64,000 nucleotides of DNA from Candidatus Adlerbacteria bacterium (lineage in GTDB: Bacteria > Patescibacteriota > Minisyncoccia > Phycocordibacterales > SBAW01). The position numbers were made by a program, and so were the translations under genes. How positions within the stretch are numbered: position 1 is the first letter of the stretch; every line of letters begins with the position of its first letter. The notes below the pieces were generated by a model that was given only the letters and a program-made list of their open reading frames with translations, was not told the origin of the DNA and searched no databases. Where the stretch lies: contig JARIGK010000002.1 of NCBI GenBank assembly GCA_029288895.1, forward strand, positions 94,986-158,985, in the 5' to 3' direction. This document shows, piece after piece, positions 56,372 through 64,000 of the stretch.

Positions 56372-57112
56372 ATGGCTACAAAGCCACAGCTTATTCTCGC
56401 GTACGATCGCAGCACGTTTAACCCCGAAGATATTCGGCTGCTCAAGAATCTTGTGCCCATGGTCGACATGGTTAAACTCGGCTTCGAAGCAATGAGTGCC
56501 GAGGAACCTCTTGAAGGTGGGGCGTGTTCAGTGGCGTATCTTGTTCGCGATTTCCTCCACGATAGGGATGAGTTCGATTCCCCTATCCCAATCATGTGGG
56601 ACGCGAAACTCAACGACGTCTACAAGACCGTGTCTCGTACGCTGCCAAATATCATCCGGAGCGACGTTCATTTCGTCACGCTGCATGCAAACATGAGTGA
56701 GGCAACCCTTCGCCGCGCAGTCGAAATCTGCAAAGGTACAAGGACGAGACCTGTGGCAGTGACCCTCCTGAGCGATATGACGGAGGCCGACACTGCAATG
56801 TGTTTCGATGCAAGCACAAAAGATGCAACATTGAGATTCGCCTGCAGAGCGCGGATGTGCGGTTTTGAACATATCGTATGTTCGGCCCAAGAGCTTGAAT
56901 ATCTACGTGACGGCAGAGCTATCGAAGAGTTCAAGCTTATCGTGGTCGGCATTCGCCACAAAATGCCCGCCCACGGCCAAGTACGTATTGCCACCCCTCG
57001 GGAGGCAGCTCGCCTTGGCGCTGATTACATTGTGCTTGGTACTGAAGTGACGGGCGCCTCCGATCCGCTCTCAGCACTGAAAGCGATACATGAAGATCTT
57101 GAAAATCTATAG
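56372..57112 (+). CDS. pyrF: Orotidine 5'-phosphate decarboxylase family protein
   Basis: LILAYD, VKLGFEA, WDAKLNDV (D-x-K-x-x-D), C-terminal ADYIVLG; followed by terminator agcgctccc-ttcg-ggggcgct + T-run (57113..57145). Confidence 0.7.
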   Translation: MATKPQLILAYDRSTFNPEDIRLLKNLVPMVDMVKLGFEAMSAEEPLEGGACSVAYLVRDFLHDRDEFDSPIPIMWDAKLNDVYKTVSRTLPNIIRSDVHFVTLHANMSEATLRRAVEICKGTRTRPVAVTLLSDMTEADTAMCFDASTKDATLRFACRARMCGFEHIVCSAQELEYLRDGRAIEEFKLIVVGIRHKMPAHGQVRIATPREAARLGADYIVLGTEVTGASDPLSALKAIHEDLENL

Positions 57113-57168
57113 CAGCGCTCCCTTCGGGGGCGCTTTTCTTTTTTGTATAAACACGGTAGAAGTTTGGT

Positions 57169-58053
57169 ATGCAAAGGCAGAAGGTTATAGCAGTTGTGGG
57201 GCCGACGGCGTCGGGCAAGACGTCGCTGGGGATTTTTCTTGCGCAGAAGTTGAAAGGCGAGGTGATTTCGGCCGACTCGCGCCAGGTCTACAAAGGCTTG
57301 GATATTGGCACCGGCAAGGTTACGAAGAAAGAAGCGGCTGGCATCCCCCACCATCTGATTTCTATAACAAACCCCAAGAAGCAGTTTAGCGTTGATGATT
57401 TTGTAAAACTTGGCACAGACGCAATTACTACTATTTTAAATAAAAAGCACGTGCCGATTCTAGTAGGTGGCACAGGCCTGTATGCGGACACATTGCTTGG
57501 CCGTATGAGTTACCCAAACGTGCCGCCAAACGAGGCACTGCGAAAAAAGCTCAATAAAAAAAGTACGGCAGAATTATTTGCCATGCTGCAAAAAGCCGAC
57601 CCTGCGCGCGCCGCAACGATAGAGAAAGAAAATCCACGCCGCCTTGTGCGCGCCTTGGAAATTGCAGCAGCACTTGGCGCATCCCCTGCACCCAACCCCG
57701 AACAGAGATACGATGTGCTCTGGATTGGGCTTAAACCTTCAGACGATATACTCAAGAAAAACATCCGCACACGCCTTTTGGAGCGCATCAAAGGTGGCAT
57801 GGTCAAAGAAGCAGTAGAACTGCATGGAGACGGCCTTTCCTATAAACGCATGGAAGAACTCGGACTCGAATATCGCTTTCTCGCGCAACTCTTGCAGGGA
57901 AAACTTTCAAAAGAAGAATTTGTCGAGCAGCTCGAGAGCGCCATTAACGCCTATGCAAAACGCCAATGGCGTTGGTTTAAGCGCAACAAAGACATCCACT
58001 GGGTCAAAAACAAAACAGAGGCTTTGAAACTCACAAAAGAATTTCTTTCGTAG
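57169..58053 (+). CDS. miaA: tRNA dimethylallyltransferase
   Basis: P-loop GPTASGKT, SADSRQVYKGLDIGTGK, core MiaA motifs. Confidence 0.9.
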   Translation: MQRQKVIAVVGPTASGKTSLGIFLAQKLKGEVISADSRQVYKGLDIGTGKVTKKEAAGIPHHLISITNPKKQFSVDDFVKLGTDAITTILNKKHVPILVGGTGLYADTLLGRMSYPNVPPNEALRKKLNKKSTAELFAMLQKADPARAATIEKENPRRLVRALEIAAALGASPAPNPEQRYDVLWIGLKPSDDILKKNIRTRLLERIKGGMVKEAVELHGDGLSYKRMEELGLEYRFLAQLLQGKLSKEEFVEQLESAINAYAKRQWRWFKRNKDIHWVKNKTEALKLTKEFLS

Positions 58054-58056
58054 AAA

Positions 58057-59406
58057 TTATAGAAGCGCTGCGCGGATAAAATTTTCTTGCATCTGAGAAA
58101 GTTCAGTTGCAGGAAGATTATCAAACGCCTCTGCCGTGGTTGCAGACTGTTCGCGGAACTCTTCGTCTTTTTCCAAAACCTCAGGATGCACTTCGAGCGA
58201 TTTGTCGTTAAAGCCCATCAAATAGAGCCCGCCGAGCGTACGCACACGCGACAGCGCTACGTACCCCTGGCCATACTCAAACGCCTGCGTAAGGTCTATA
58301 ACGGCCGAATCGAGCGACATACCCTGGCTTTTGTGCACAGTAATTGCCCACGCCAAACGCAGCGGCAACTGTTCAATCGTTGCCAATTTTTTATTACCCT
58401 CCTGTACAGCCCACTCGACAGACTGCACTTCCAATACGCGGCCGTTGTTGAGTTTTATAATCGGCAACCCGCTTAGTTTTGAAAATTCGCGCACTTCGCC
58501 CAAGCTCCCATTGTAGTAGTCGCCGTCGGGGTCATTTTTGGTAAACATCACCTTTGCCCCAACTTTAAGCAGCAGCGTTTCGGGTGATAGGCAGTTGCGC
58601 TTCAAAGCCTCCACAAGCGGCAAGGATCCTTTGCTGCGCATGTCGTAGCGGCGCGGCAAGGCAGGCAATTTTTCTAGTTCTGCGGTGTTGAGCCGGTCGA
58701 CGTTGGCGTTATGTGGAAATAGTTTTGTGTGCACGACGGTAGCGCCTGGCTCTTTCACGCGTACGGCCAACTTTTTGCGCAATGCGTCTGGCACATTGCC
58801 ACGGCGGAGCGCCGCTAGAATCTGCAAAAAATCTGCATCCTCTTGGCGATGCTGTTCTTCCAAATAGCACACCAAAGGCTTTGCCTGTTTCCACGCACGC
58901 GCATGGAAGGCAAACGGCGACTGGGGCTCGTCGTAGGAAATTTCTAAAGTATCATCTGTGCGCGCTTTTACTATGGGCGGGAGCTGAAAGAAGTCACCTA
59001 CAAAAATTACTTGTACGCCGCCAAACGCCTCTTCGCGTGCGCGCAGCATCCGCATCACAGCGTCCACCATGTCGAGGGTGTCGGCCGAGAGCATCGAGAT
59101 CTCGTCGATAATTAGCACTTTTGCCGCACGCACGCGTTTTACGACCTTTTCCTTCTGCCCTATTTGGTCCAAATCATACTCCGTGAGCTGCGGCTTTACG
59201 CCGATGCCGCTCCACGAATGGATGGTGTAGCCGTTGATGTGTGTGGCAGCAATACCAGTCGATGCAGTGATAGCAGGCTCCACGCCTTGGCTGCGCAAAT
59301 ACGCCACGTACTGGTTTATCGTGTGTGTTTTACCGGCACCCGGCTCGCCCGTCAAAAAGACGTTCGCGCCAGTCTTCAATACCGCCAATGCTTCCTCTTG
59401 AGTCAC
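58057..59406 (-). CDS. Pif1/RecD-family ATP-dependent DNA helicase
   Basis: Walker A GEPGAGKTH, IIDEISML Walker B, C-terminal UvrD_C_2-like ITVHKSQGMSLD...ALSRVR motifs. Confidence 0.85.
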   Translation of the reverse strand: MTQEEALAVLKTGANVFLTGEPGAGKTHTINQYVAYLRSQGVEPAITASTGIAATHINGYTIHSWSGIGVKPQLTEYDLDQIGQKEKVVKRVRAAKVLIIDEISMLSADTLDMVDAVMRMLRAREEAFGGVQVIFVGDFFQLPPIVKARTDDTLEISYDEPQSPFAFHARAWKQAKPLVCYLEEQHRQEDADFLQILAALRRGNVPDALRKKLAVRVKEPGATVVHTKLFPHNANVDRLNTAELEKLPALPRRYDMRSKGSLPLVEALKRNCLSPETLLLKVGAKVMFTKNDPDGDYYNGSLGEVREFSKLSGLPIIKLNNGRVLEVQSVEWAVQEGNKKLATIEQLPLRLAWAITVHKSQGMSLDSAVIDLTQAFEYGQGYVALSRVRTLGGLYLMGFNDKSLEVHPEVLEKDEEFREQSATTAEAFDNLPATELSQMQENFIRAALL

Positions 59407-59454
59407 CAGAGCAGTGTATCACCCCAGGGATAAAAGAAAGATAAGACCGAAATC

Positions 59455-60321
59455 TTATGAAGTCGTAGTCAACGCCAAGGTTATTGCGGCACAAACGGCC
59501 GCAACCAGCCCTACCTTTTGATGAAAGAGGAGTTTTTCTTTATTAAACGTGAGACCTAAAAGTACCGCACATGCGATATAACTTTCTGTAAGCCCTGTTA
59601 CGAGGCCAATAGGAAGTGAAAGTGTGCTGGCAGAATACCCTATCCACGCCACCATATCGAAAAATCCCACAGCAAATAGCAGGCGTCCGTTGTGGCGGAT
59701 ATGCGTAGCGATGCTCCCAATTTTTTCGTGATAGAGAAGGTATGCAAATGTTGCAACCGCCATAAACACACTTGTAAACCACAACACCATGAGCGGGCCC
59801 GCTGCACGTGACGTGAAGCCATATAAAAAGTTTGATGCGCCCATGCCAAACGACGTAAGCAGTGCGCCAATAACGCCACGCTCGAGCATCTTCATGCGGA
59901 CTCTGCCAAAATGTTTCGTCGATATTAAATACACACTAACGATCAGAATAGCGATGAGCCCTAACTGCACAGGCGCCAAATGTTCCCCCACAATAAATGT
60001 CGCTAGCGCTATCGTTACCGGCACTTCCATCGCATAGATTGGCTCCACCACCGCCATCTTTCCAACACGCATGGATTCGAAATCGAGCAGCGATGCCGCA
60101 AGAATAATAAAACTCGTCAGGAACAACACCATCAAATCAAACGATGAGAGTCCTTTGAGTGCCGAATAACAAAACGGATAAAGTGCGACAGCAGCAAAAA
60201 ACGTAACAAAAAAGAGCGCTTCCCAATCGCCTACTTTCCGGGCGCTGCGCTGTATTAAAAAATCACCGATGCCCCAGCCAATGATGGCCACAACGGCATA
60301 CACAAGTCCTATATCTGCCAC
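59455..60321 (-). CDS. DMT-superfamily (EamA-like) transporter
   Basis: 10 TM helices in two EamA-like repeats. Confidence 0.75.
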   Translation of the reverse strand: MADIGLVYAVVAIIGWGIGDFLIQRSARKVGDWEALFFVTFFAAVALYPFCYSALKGLSSFDLMVLFLTSFIILAASLLDFESMRVGKMAVVEPIYAMEVPVTIALATFIVGEHLAPVQLGLIAILIVSVYLISTKHFGRVRMKMLERGVIGALLTSFGMGASNFLYGFTSRAAGPLMVLWFTSVFMAVATFAYLLYHEKIGSIATHIRHNGRLLFAVGFFDMVAWIGYSASTLSLPIGLVTGLTESYIACAVLLGLTFNKEKLLFHQKVGLVAAVCAAITLALTTTS

Positions 60322-60342
60322 ACCACTATTCTAACGTAGAAA

Positions 60343-60951
60343 TTACTCCTTGCGGCGAATTTGGACGAAGTTGAATACCGAAAGTGCGAGTGCCGCGATG
60401 CTAACAACCAAGAGTGGCGTGTTTGATGCGCCCGCGGGTGCAGGCGCGGCACCGATATCATTCACTACCTGTGTTTTGGAATAGGGGCCGACACGCGAAA
60501 AATCAGCTTTACCATTGGCATCTTTGGGCTGTTCTACAGAGGGGTCTTGGTCCCATGATACGACAGAACCATCAGCATAGGTTTGATATGCTTTCCATTC
60601 AAGCGTAGTAGCCGATGCTGGAACTTGCGCGCTAAACAAAAAGTCATCGCGTTGGCCTGCAGGAATAGAGCTGCCGGTCCAAAAAATTTCAGTTGCGTGA
60701 CCGTCAGCATCTTTTTTAACTATCACCTTCCACCCAGGTTTTACGTTCGGCGTAACAGCATTCACGCCAGTAGGAACCATTAACTTCAAAGCAACCGTTG
60801 CGATAGGTTTCTCGGACGGAACGCCCATATCAAATGTTTGGTACGCAGCGACGCCAGCCTGTGCTGGCTTTACGACAACGTGTGCTGAGGCAATGCCAGC
60901 CGTGGCAAGAAACAGGGCGCCAGATAAAACAACTGTGGTGGGTGTGCGCAT
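60343..60951 (-). CDS. YcnI-like (DUF1775) copper-binding envelope protein with C-terminal TM anchor
   Basis: Signal peptide ending ASA followed by HVVVKP (N-terminal His of mature protein), DUF1775 pattern, C-terminal TM. Confidence 0.65.
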   Translation of the reverse strand: MRTPTTVVLSGALFLATAGIASAHVVVKPAQAGVAAYQTFDMGVPSEKPIATVALKLMVPTGVNAVTPNVKPGWKVIVKKDADGHATEIFWTGSSIPAGQRDDFLFSAQVPASATTLEWKAYQTYADGSVVSWDQDPSVEQPKDANGKADFSRVGPYSKTQVVNDIGAAPAPAGASNTPLLVVSIAALALSVFNFVQIRRKE

Positions 60952-60955
60952 AAAT

Positions 60956-61447
60956 TTATTTTTTCTTAATACTGATCATCATACCAGCAATACCTGCAAG
61001 CGCCGCGACGGCACCCGCAATGGCATACACCACGATACCTGAATCTATGATGCGTTTGGTAATACTCCCTGCCTCCACGCGCTGGTCGAATGAGACGCTA
61101 AATGTTGACGCCTTGTTGTCGGTGCCCGAGAGTACCAGCTGATATACGCCCGCATGCGGGAAGACGTATGGCACGGTGGGGTTTGAGTCTAGAGTGCCGC
61201 TCGTAAAGATTGTTTTGCCCTGGTCGACAACCGACACCTGACAGGTGCACGTGTAGGCAGAGTAGTCTGCATACGACACAAGAAATACAAGGCTCGCCTT
61301 CTCGCTTGCACGCGGGTCGTCTTCCGGGTTTACGTGCATCATAGCGGCAACACCCTGTTCGAATTTAAATGTATGTGCAGACGCTGGCCGCGGCATAAGC
61401 GCCACAAAGAGCACCACAACCACGAGAATGCCGAACGCTCTATTCAT
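60956..61447 (-). CDS. Hypothetical secreted protein, mature N-terminus begins with His; C-terminal TM anchor
   Basis: Signal peptide ...RPASA then HTFKFEQG; predicted beta-rich; C-terminal hydrophobic helix. Confidence 0.45.
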   Translation of the reverse strand: MNRAFGILVVVVLFVALMPRPASAHTFKFEQGVAAMMHVNPEDDPRASEKASLVFLVSYADYSAYTCTCQVSVVDQGKTIFTSGTLDSNPTVPYVFPHAGVYQLVLSGTDNKASTFSVSFDQRVEAGSITKRIIDSGIVVYAIAGAVAALAGIAGMMISIKKK

Positions 61448-61829
61448 GCGAGAGCGATGTCGAGGACGCATCCACCCCGTACCACGTTTTGAGCCAACGG
61501 CTCATGTCTGCGATTTGCCCGTCTTGGCTTGAGATAATATCCGCTGAAAGTTTTTTGATTTCTGAATGCTTGGCGTTTTGGAGTGCCATCTGTGCCATTG
61601 CAACAGCGCCTTGGTGATGCACTATCATTTCGCTCAAAAACTCTTTATCAAACTCATCACCTGTCTTTCCCTGCAAACCAGAAGTCATACTCAACATCAT
61701 GGACTGCATATCCATCACCATTCCGCGGTCGTTGTTCGCAGCACTAGCAGATTTCCCAATAACGTACCCTCCTCCAAAACCGACAATAAGTAACACTGCT
61801 CCCATGAGCATTGGCAGGTATGATTTCAT
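61440..61829 (-). CDS. DUF305 family protein
   Basis: DxxFxxxMIVHHQGAVAMAQ motif characteristic of DUF305; N-terminal TM; start trimmed to MKSYLPMLMGAV at 61829. Confidence 0.7.
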   Translation of the reverse strand: MKSYLPMLMGAVLLIVGFGGGYVIGKSASAANNDRGMVMDMQSMMLSMTSGLQGKTGDEFDKEFLSEMIVHHQGAVAMAQMALQNAKHSEIKKLSADIISSQDGQIADMSRWLKTWYGVDASSTSLSHE

Positions 61830-61910
61830 ATTCAAATGGTAGCATTTTTTGGCGAACCATCGGCAGTTAGTAAGCATCAGCATTAAAGTCATTTCTGATA
61901 TACTTTCTAT

Positions 61911-62543
61911 ATGAAAGCAACAATACTTTTGGCATCACTTAAAACGAGCGCGAGCGGAGAATATTCCCATACCGAGGCGTTGTCTCAACTTTTGGTTGAT
62001 GAATTACAAAAGCTTGGCTGCGAAAGCGAGTTTGTGCGTTTGGCCGATCACAACATCCCCGTTGGGCTCAAAAGCGACATGGGGCAAGGCGATGAGTGGC
62101 CTTCTATTTTGCCAAAAATAACTTCTGCAAACATTGTCATCTTTGCGACTCCTATCTGGTGGGGCGGCCATTCGTCGCTTATGCAGCGCGTTATTGAACG
62201 CATGGACGCACTTAACGACGAGCTTATCGAAAAAGGCACTTCCGGTCTCTTGGGCAAAGTGGGCGGTATGGTAATTACCGGCGAAGAAGACGGCGCCGAA
62301 CATGTCATCGGCAACCTCGCTAACTTTTTAATCTGGAACGGCATGACGCTGCCGCCCGCAGTTACACTTTCCTACCTTGGCAGCTACGAAGATACCGAAA
62401 CCGCAACCGTCGAGAAACTAAAAAAGCAGGAAGCCACTGCCGGCATGGCAAAAACCATGGCCCAGAACCTTGTGCACATGGCGAAACTTCTCAGCGAAAA
62501 CCCCTACCCCGACCAAGAAAAAAATTCGCAGTATATTCGGTAA
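61911..62543 (+). CDS. Flavodoxin-like fold NAD(P)H-dependent FMN reductase family protein
   Basis: ATILLASLKTS...IVIFATPIWWGGHSSLMQRVIERMD pattern of NADPH-dependent FMN reductase/flavodoxin-like proteins. Confidence 0.7.
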   Translation: MKATILLASLKTSASGEYSHTEALSQLLVDELQKLGCESEFVRLADHNIPVGLKSDMGQGDEWPSILPKITSANIVIFATPIWWGGHSSLMQRVIERMDALNDELIEKGTSGLLGKVGGMVITGEEDGAEHVIGNLANFLIWNGMTLPPAVTLSYLGSYEDTETATVEKLKKQEATAGMAKTMAQNLVHMAKLLSENPYPDQEKNSQYIR

Positions 62544-62635
62544 TCGGTAGATTCTCAGAAGGCTACGCAAAAGAAAAACCTCCGCGTGGATAGCGGAGGA
62601 AAAGAGAATGCTCTCTAGCGGCTTTATCCTAAAGA

Positions 62636-62830
62636 CTAGGACGTGTTTTTGATCGACCCGCTCGGGGTGTAGTTCCGAGCAACGCCGCCCAGCAGCCTTT
62701 GGAAGTCTTCGATACTGCCACCAGGGCCAATGTCGGGCGGACCACTGATTGGGTTCGCCGCAAGCCCTTGCATGTGTTGATCCACAAGCTCCTTACGACG
62801 CTTGTCGAACTCTTCGTCTTGTGACGACAT
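62636..62830 (-). CDS. Small hypothetical protein
   Basis: 64 aa; AGGAGG RBS 6 nt upstream of ATG at 62830. Confidence 0.4.
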   Translation of the reverse strand: MSSQDEEFDKRRKELVDQHMQGLAANPISGPPDIGPGGSIEDFQRLLGGVARNYTPSGSIKNTS

Positions 62831-63066
62831 GTGCGCCTCCTGCGCAGTTAAAGCCTCACCATAATGGCGACGCTAATACTGAGCAGGAGCTGTCTGAGTT
62901 CAGTGAATCACAGATAACGAAACTGGCAAGGCGGACTTAGCAACTAACGAGAGTGCTTTTTGTAGCTATAAGGTTGCGGAACCTCGAACTTTTCAAATGC
63001 GCGAAAAATGACCCCCTGACTCACGGATTGCGTTTCAGGAACTCTCCAGAGTGAAAAACTATGGTG

Positions 63067-63140
63067 TGGCGGGCGATGAGGGAATCGAACCCCCGCCAGC
63101 GGTTTTGGAGACCGCTGTTCTACCACTAAACTAAGCGCCC
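63067..63140 (-). tRNA. tRNA-Trp (anticodon CCA), CCA end encoded
   Basis: rc sequence GGGCGCTTAGTTTAGTGGTAGAACAGCGGTCTCCAAAACCGCTGGCGGGGGTTCGATTCCCTCATCGCCCGCCA; anticodon loop CTCCAAA; one acceptor-stem mismatch. Confidence 0.8.
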
Positions 63141-63320
63141 TATAATCGGCATATTACCTTAAAACATAACGTTTTGGGAGTATCTTCAGAATCAGCAATA
63201 GTATTTAACAATAATTAGGTTTAATTAGTTTTTATCACTTTTTGGGCAACCCGTGGGCAACCATGGGCATTATTACCAAAGAGCAGTACAGGCAAAAGTG
63301 ATAGATTGAAAAAGTCGCTC

Positions 63321-64000
63321 CTAATTCAGAGCGGCTTTTTGTATGATGCGAACGTATCCGGCATCTGCATCCACTTCAATCTCATCACCGTCTTTCAAGA
63401 TTTGTGTAGCGGTCTTGGTCCCAATTACGCAGGGCTTTTTCATCTCACGCGCGACGATAGCGGCATGGGACATGATTCCTCCTTCGTCTGTCACAACTGC
63501 AACTGCTTTTTGCATGGCCGGCACATAGTCTGGGTCTGTTATGACACTTACAAGAATTTCTCCTTCTTGAAGCAAGGATACGTCGGCTTTGCGCGTTATA
63601 ACCCGTACCTTTCCTTTTGCATACCCTTTGTATCCAGTCGAACCTTTGATTTCACTAGCGTTCGTATCAACTGATTCAAGTCTAAGACCTTTGCTTCGCA
63701 GATTTTCATTAAGTTCAGGAAGTGGAATCAGTGTTTCGTCCAGTAATGCACATCCTTCTTGAGCCCTCTTCTCCAAGGCGGCAAGGAAGTCTGGCGATGC
63801 TCCCTTTTCTAGCGCCAAAATATCTTCAGTAAGGACGTGGTGTGATAAATGCACATATTGCGGGAAGAGTCTCTCAAAAGATTCAGTGAGCATATTTGCA
63901 GTCTTGTCAGTGTATTCCTGTGTCTTCTCACGAACTCGGTTCATACCGTCGAAGAATTCTTTATCTATATCGGCATGGTTGGGTAGGCGGAAATACACAG
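63321..64000 (-). CDS. PEP-utilising enzyme family protein, C-terminal part (gene continues beyond window end)
   Basis: Phosphohistidine mobile domain GGIMSHAAIVAREMKKPCVIGT near C-terminus; ORF is open to the window edge. Confidence 0.65.
   Translation of the reverse strand, partial: VYFRLPNHADIDKEFFDGMNRVREKTQEYTDKTANMLTESFERLFPQYVHLSHHVLTEDILALEKGASPDFLAALEKRAQEGCALLDETLIPLPELNENLRSKGLRLESVDTNASEIKGSTGYKGYAKGKVRVITRKADVSLLQEGEILVSVITDPDYVPAMQKAVAVVTDEGGIMSHAAIVAREMKKPCVIGTKTATQILKDGDEIEVDADAGYVRIIQKAALN

Noticed and set aside
55066-56613. 515-aa ORF call for ParB
   Set aside because: The N-terminal 146 codons run antisense through tRNA-Leu (56221..56301) and the intergenic region. The true start is MSEFFNNAIF at 56175.

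Overview
The window is a 64-kb bacterial chromosomal segment of about 50% GC. Truncated versions of DnaX (355 aa) and Rel (523 aa) are consistent with a small-genome lineage, possibly Patescibacteria/CPR-like, at low confidence. Housekeeping genes include uvrA (partial), uvrB, tgt, msrA, rarA, typA, an ABC-F ATPase, alkA-like, rlmB-like, dnaX, dus, ftsQ, serS, dprA, topA, rel, parB, pyrF-like, miaA and a Pif1-like helicase, plus tRNA-Gln, tRNA-Leu and tRNA-Trp. Three features stand out. First, a roughly 5-kb array of about ten single-gene cassettes lies immediately 3' of tRNA-Gln. Every gene boundary carries a same-orientation ~30-bp repeat that resembles the 3' end of tRNA-Gln plus its flank. 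Cassette GC is heterogeneous (about 40% to 58%). Cargo includes two NUDIX hydrolases, DUF488, a GIY-YIG protein and small secreted or unknown proteins; no integrase is present in the window. Second, an ECF sigma/anti-sigma pair sits next to a MacAB-type efflux operon bracketed by two paralogous small membrane proteins. This is followed by a flavinylation module: a membrane-anchored FMN-binding protein with an SGAT motif, an ApbE flavin transferase, and a fusion of an RnfD/NqrB-like membrane domain to an FNR-like FAD/NAD(P) reductase. Third, a ~60-bp palindromic RPE-like element is inserted in-frame in tgt and in a TPM-domain gene. Also noted are a 330-nt structured non-coding interval ending in a terminator, a small-RNA candidate divergent from msrA, a copper-associated envelope cluster, and an atypical-codon small secreted gene.
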